Shown here: positions 60,168 to 64,000 of the stretch, one piece after another
How the letters are laid out: the number at the start of each line of letters is the position of its first letter
Position numbering within the stretch: the first letter of the stretch is position 1
Assembly: GCA_034520965.1 (NCBI GenBank)
Contig: JAXHMY010000009.1
Coordinates: 192,001 to 256,000, forward strand
DNA: 64,000 nucleotides
Reading direction: 5' to 3'
Origin: Spirochaetia bacterium
GTDB taxonomy: Bacteria > Spirochaetota > Spirochaetia > DSM-16054 > Sediminispirochaetaceae
Position numbers and translations under genes: made by a program
The notes under the pieces: generated by a model
What the model was told of the DNA's origin: nothing
Seen by the model: the letters and a program-made list of their open reading frames with translations, nothing else
Databases searched by the model: none

Positions 60168-62708
60168 TTAGTCCTCCAGAGGAAAGCGGACGGTAAATAC
60201 CGGATACGGCTGCTTCTGCACTTCTATAGTCCCCTTTATCTGCTGTACCAAGGTAGAAACCAGTTGTAAACCCAGTGTTTCAGGATGCTCCAATTTGATT
60301 TCTTCGGGAAAGGGGTTGCCGGTATTCGAGAGGGTGAGGATGTGTTGGCCGTTCTCTTCATCTTTAGTGAGACTTACGGTAAAGCGCGCCTCTTCGCCGG
60401 GGGTAAATCCATATTTGATTGCATTAGTAGCTATTTCGTTTACCAGCAAGCCCAGTGGCATCGCAGTCTTTGTGGGAATGATTGTCTGTTCAATAGTATT
60501 GACAATGTGTACATCACGATCGGCGGTAGAATAGAACACGGCCTCTAGGAGCTTCTGAAAATAGTCTTTTACTTCAATCCGGTCTACCTCATTGTGCTGA
60601 TGGAGTTTCTCGTGGACTAAGCTGATTACCTCGATTCTTTTTTTTAGGTCGGATAAATCAAATTCAGTTTCAGAATTTTTTAGACTGATAAGCGAGGAAA
60701 CCATGGCGAGGTTGTTTTTTACTCGGTGGTTGAGCTCCCGCATTAGAAAATCCTTTTCTTCAATTGCTTTTTGTAGTTGGGACTCGTTTTTCTTACGTTC
60801 GCTGATATCGGCGTGTGTACCGATAACCCGCAGGGGCTTGCCCTCCTGCGACCATTCGATTACCTTTCCTCTGTCTAATATCCATTTATATTCACCGTTT
60901 TTGCACCTCACACGGTGTTCGTTTCTATAATAAGGGGCTTTTCCGCTCAGATGCGCCTCTATATCGGCGAAGCACCTTTCACGGTCCTCCGGATGAATGC
61001 GGCTCTCCCATTCATCCAGAGTATCTCCAACCTCATCCTCGTTATAACCAAGCATCTCCTTCCACTGCCGTGAGAAAAACACTTTGTCCGTCTCTGCATT
61101 CCAGTCCCACACACCGTCTCCGGCTCCTTCGAGGGCAAACTGCCAGCGCGCTTCGCTCTCTTCAAGCCTTTTCTCCGCTCTCCGCCGTTCGCTTATGTCC
61201 CTGACAAACTCGATTACTCCTTTATCTTTCCCGTTTCCGCATCGACAAGGGGATAGCTGAAGAGCTCGACCCATTTCACCGGAGAGTTAATGTCTGCTTC
61301 GACCGGCACAATATCCGTCTCGGTTCTGCCGGTTTTCATACAGCGAAGGGAGGGACAGGGATCACAGGGTGTATCTCTGTTATGATACGCAGAGTAGCAG
61401 CGGCTGCCGATCAGGGGCAAATTGGAGGCATACCACTTTTCCATAACCGGGTTTACATATCTTATGGAAAGGTCGGTATCCAACACACTTATTCCGTCTT
61501 GGATGCTCATAAAAACCGCATCCAGAAACTCCTTCGACTCTTTGAGCTGCTGGTTTTTCCTGTATTCCTCCGTTACATCACGGAAAACCAGTACCACCCC
61601 GTGCATCTCTCCCGTATCACCCTGTATGGGCGCGGCACTGTCGGCAATTTGATACTCCTCCCCCGTTTTTGAGATCAGCAGGGTATGATTTGCAAGCCCC
61701 ACGATACTACCTGTTTCCATCACCCTCTTGACGGGGGATTCGAAACTCTGTCGGGTATGTGCATTTACAATGCGGAATACCTCTTCAAGGGGTCTCCCCG
61801 CAGCCTTTTCTATCGACCACCCGCATAAGCTTTCCGCTATAGGATTCATGCGGATTATATTTCCCCGGCTGTCCGTGGCTATAACTGCATCTCCTATAGA
61901 GTTCAGGGTAATGTGAAGGTTCTGTTCACGTATTTTTAACTTTTCTTCCGCTTGCTTGCGTTCGGTGATGTCCTCGTGAGTTCCGACAAAGCGATGGGGC
62001 ACACCATTTTGATCAATATAATATAAATTGCCCTTACCCTTTATCCATTTCCAGTTGCCTGATTTGGTCTGCATGCGGAACTCAAGCTCAAAGGCCTGCC
62101 CGTGTTTCAGCTTCTCCCTTACAGTTTCTAGAGCATGCTCTTTGTCTTCAGGATGCAGAAGTTTCTCCCATGTACGGTAATCTCCCGGCAGCTCGTCAGG
62201 CTCATAACCAAGCATTTCACAGTACTTTGGGCTGAAATAGGCTTTATTAGTATCCAGGTCCCAATCCCAATAGCCGTGGTTCTCGGCATCCATTGCCAGG
62301 TTCAGCTGCTCTTCCTTATCCTGCAGCCTCTTGCGCGAATCAAACAGTTGAAAAGCCATCTGGATGGATTCACGGATTACGAACTGCACCGCTGTTTTTC
62401 AGCACATATCCGTAGCCCGTGATGGATTTTACTTTATCGACATACTCTTTTTCCGAGTGGCTGGTCAGGAATACTATAGGAAGATCGTGGGTTTTAAGGA
62501 TTCTTTGGGCAGCTTCAGTGCCGTCCATCCCTTGCCCGAGGTCTATGTCCATTAAAACAAGTGATATTTCCGGGTCGGATTCCACCGCCGTTATAGAATC
62601 TTCACCATTATAGACAGTTACTACCTCGTAGCCGTAGGATTTGAGCAGTTTGGTTTCGGACATAGCAATGAGAGCCTGATCTTCAACTAAAAGTATTTTT
62701 TTTGTCAT
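60168..62708 (-). CDS. Receiver-multi-PAS-HisKA_2 hybrid sensor kinase; frameshifts at ~62385 and ~61235
   Basis: REC 'ILLVED...LMDIDL...GYVLK'; four PAS/PAC units; 'ELNHRVKNNL', 'EIATNAIKY', 'LGLQLV'. Confidence 0.88.
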
Positions 62709-62885
62709 AAACCACCTAATTGCACTTAAATATAATAGAGAGTATAAAGCCCGCTGTGTAGTTTTACAATGCATAAATGCAGCAGGGAAAATGAGCAGTG
62801 AAAAAGAGGGCGCATCCCCCCCTTGTCTTACAGGGGTAAAAGACGTAGCCTACTCATACAAAGCTATATACATGAGGAGGGTCCC

Positions 62886-64000
62886 ATGGCCGAAATACAC
62901 GAGGCAATATCCAGAACTTTTGACGAGTATCTTCTGCTTCCCGGGCTTACTGCAAAAGAACATTACCCTGAACAGGTGTCGTTGAAAGTCCCGGCGGCAA
63001 AATATCGGCCGGGTAAGGAAGAACCCTGTTGGCTGGGCATTCCCTTTACAAGTGCGGCGATGCAAGCGGTTTCGGGGCCTGATCTGGCCATAGCTCTGGC
63101 GCGGAAGGGGGGCTGCGCATTTACCTATTGCAGCCAGCCGGTTGAGGAGCATGCGGCGATGGTGCGGAAGGTAAAGGAGCACAAAGCCGGCTTTGTCGAC
63201 TCCGACTCCAATATTGCGCCGGAAGATCCCCTGGCAAAGGCTATTGCTTTGAGCAAAAAAACCGGGCATTCTACCATTGCCGTGACCGAAGGCGGCGGGC
63301 GGCATTCGCGGCTCTTGGGAATACTCACGGACAAGGATTACTGGGAGACAAAAGACGATCCCAAGCTTCCGGTCCGTGACTATTTTACCCCCCTCGAGAG
63401 GCTTGTGTGTGCCAAAGAGGGAGTCTCTCTGGAGGAGGCCACGGAAATACTGCATAAGGAAAAAAAGGAGTGTCTGCCGATTGTCGATGAGTCGGGCAAC
63501 CTGGCATCACTCGTGTTTCGCAAGGATTATTTCGACCATAAGGCCAATCCGCTGGAACTTACCGATGAAAAAAAGCGTCTGTTCGTGGGCGCCGCGCTGA
63601 ACACCCATGACTACCTTAAGCGGGCTGAAGCCCTGATAGAAGCGGAGGCGGATCTTTTCTGTTTCGACTCCTCCGACGGGTACTCCGAGTGGCAAAAGGA
63701 GGCAGCCCTGCAGCTCCGAGGGCGTTACGGCCGGAATATCATCCTGGGCGGTGGCAATGTGGTAAGTGCCGACGGCTTTCGTTTCCTGGTCGAAGAGGCG
63801 GACCTTGATTTTGTGAAAGTGGGCATTGGCGGGGGCTCTATTTGTATTACCCGCGAACAGAAGGGTATCGGCCGGGGGCAGGCATCGGCGGTTATTGAAG
63901 TCGCCGCAGAACGCGACCGGTACTTTCAGGAAACCGGAATTTACGTGCCTATCTGTTCGGACGGAGGGCTGAACAACGATACCAACATTATAATGGCCCT
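62886..64000 (+). CDS. guaB: IMP dehydrogenase (3' truncated by window)
   Basis: GAGGAGG RBS; ATG 62886 'MAEIHEAISRTFDEYLLLPG', 'SAAMQAV', CBS region, in-frame catalytic loop 'KVGIGGGSICITREQKGIG'; absent from the ORF track because it has no stop in the window. Confidence 0.95.
   Translation, partial: MAEIHEAISRTFDEYLLLPGLTAKEHYPEQVSLKVPAAKYRPGKEEPCWLGIPFTSAAMQAVSGPDLAIALARKGGCAFTYCSQPVEEHAAMVRKVKEHKAGFVDSDSNIAPEDPLAKAIALSKKTGHSTIAVTEGGGRHSRLLGILTDKDYWETKDDPKLPVRDYFTPLERLVCAKEGVSLEEATEILHKEKKECLPIVDESGNLASLVFRKDYFDHKANPLELTDEKKRLFVGAALNTHDYLKRAEALIEAEADLFCFDSSDGYSEWQKEAALQLRGRYGRNIILGGGNVVSADGFRFLVEEADLDFVKVGIGGGSICITREQKGIGRGQASAVIEVAAERDRYFQETGIYVPICSDGGLNNDTNIIMA

Noticed and set aside
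13970..62708. Split genes as pseudogenes or programmed frameshifts
   Set aside because: Too many, spread over unrelated genes, with no slippery-heptamer-plus-stimulator context recognised; treated as read errors.
62709..62885. Possible purine riboswitch upstream of guaB
   Set aside because: I could not find the conserved purine-riboswitch core; the region contains the divergent kinase promoter (TTGTAA-N17-TATACT).

Overview
Ordinary chromosomal window, most likely from a free-living spirochaete (Spirochaetia; inferred from 'AGGQxE' solute-binding-protein N-termini, an HDOD protein, a BMP/ABC nucleoside operon, an MCP and AddAB). It holds about 50 CDSs, one tRNA-Ala(GGC) and one complete ~1.28 kb IS1-like insertion sequence. 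The gene content includes an oxidative-stress block (peroxiredoxin, PerR-like regulator, msrB), an RND pump, sugar and nucleoside ABC operons, addAB, ltaE-psuK-psuG, aroA, trpB2 and the 5' part of guaB. At least 14 genes are broken by single-base indels, some in mutually compensating pairs, which points to uncorrected long-read errors rather than pseudogenes. I found no CRISPR array, prophage or recognisable defence island. The best signals missed by the ORF track are mostly regulatory: (1) a 30-aa WWW leader peptide with a tandem-terminator attenuator in front of a stand-alone trpB2; (2) a perfect 7-1-7 box TAATCGTAACGATTA in front of both prx and the perR-like gene; (3) a SorC-family repressor with a duplicated DNA-binding domain behind a 41-bp palindrome; (4) the IS, with 23-bp inverted repeats and an 8-bp target duplication; (5) a dispersed 40-bp REP-like element.
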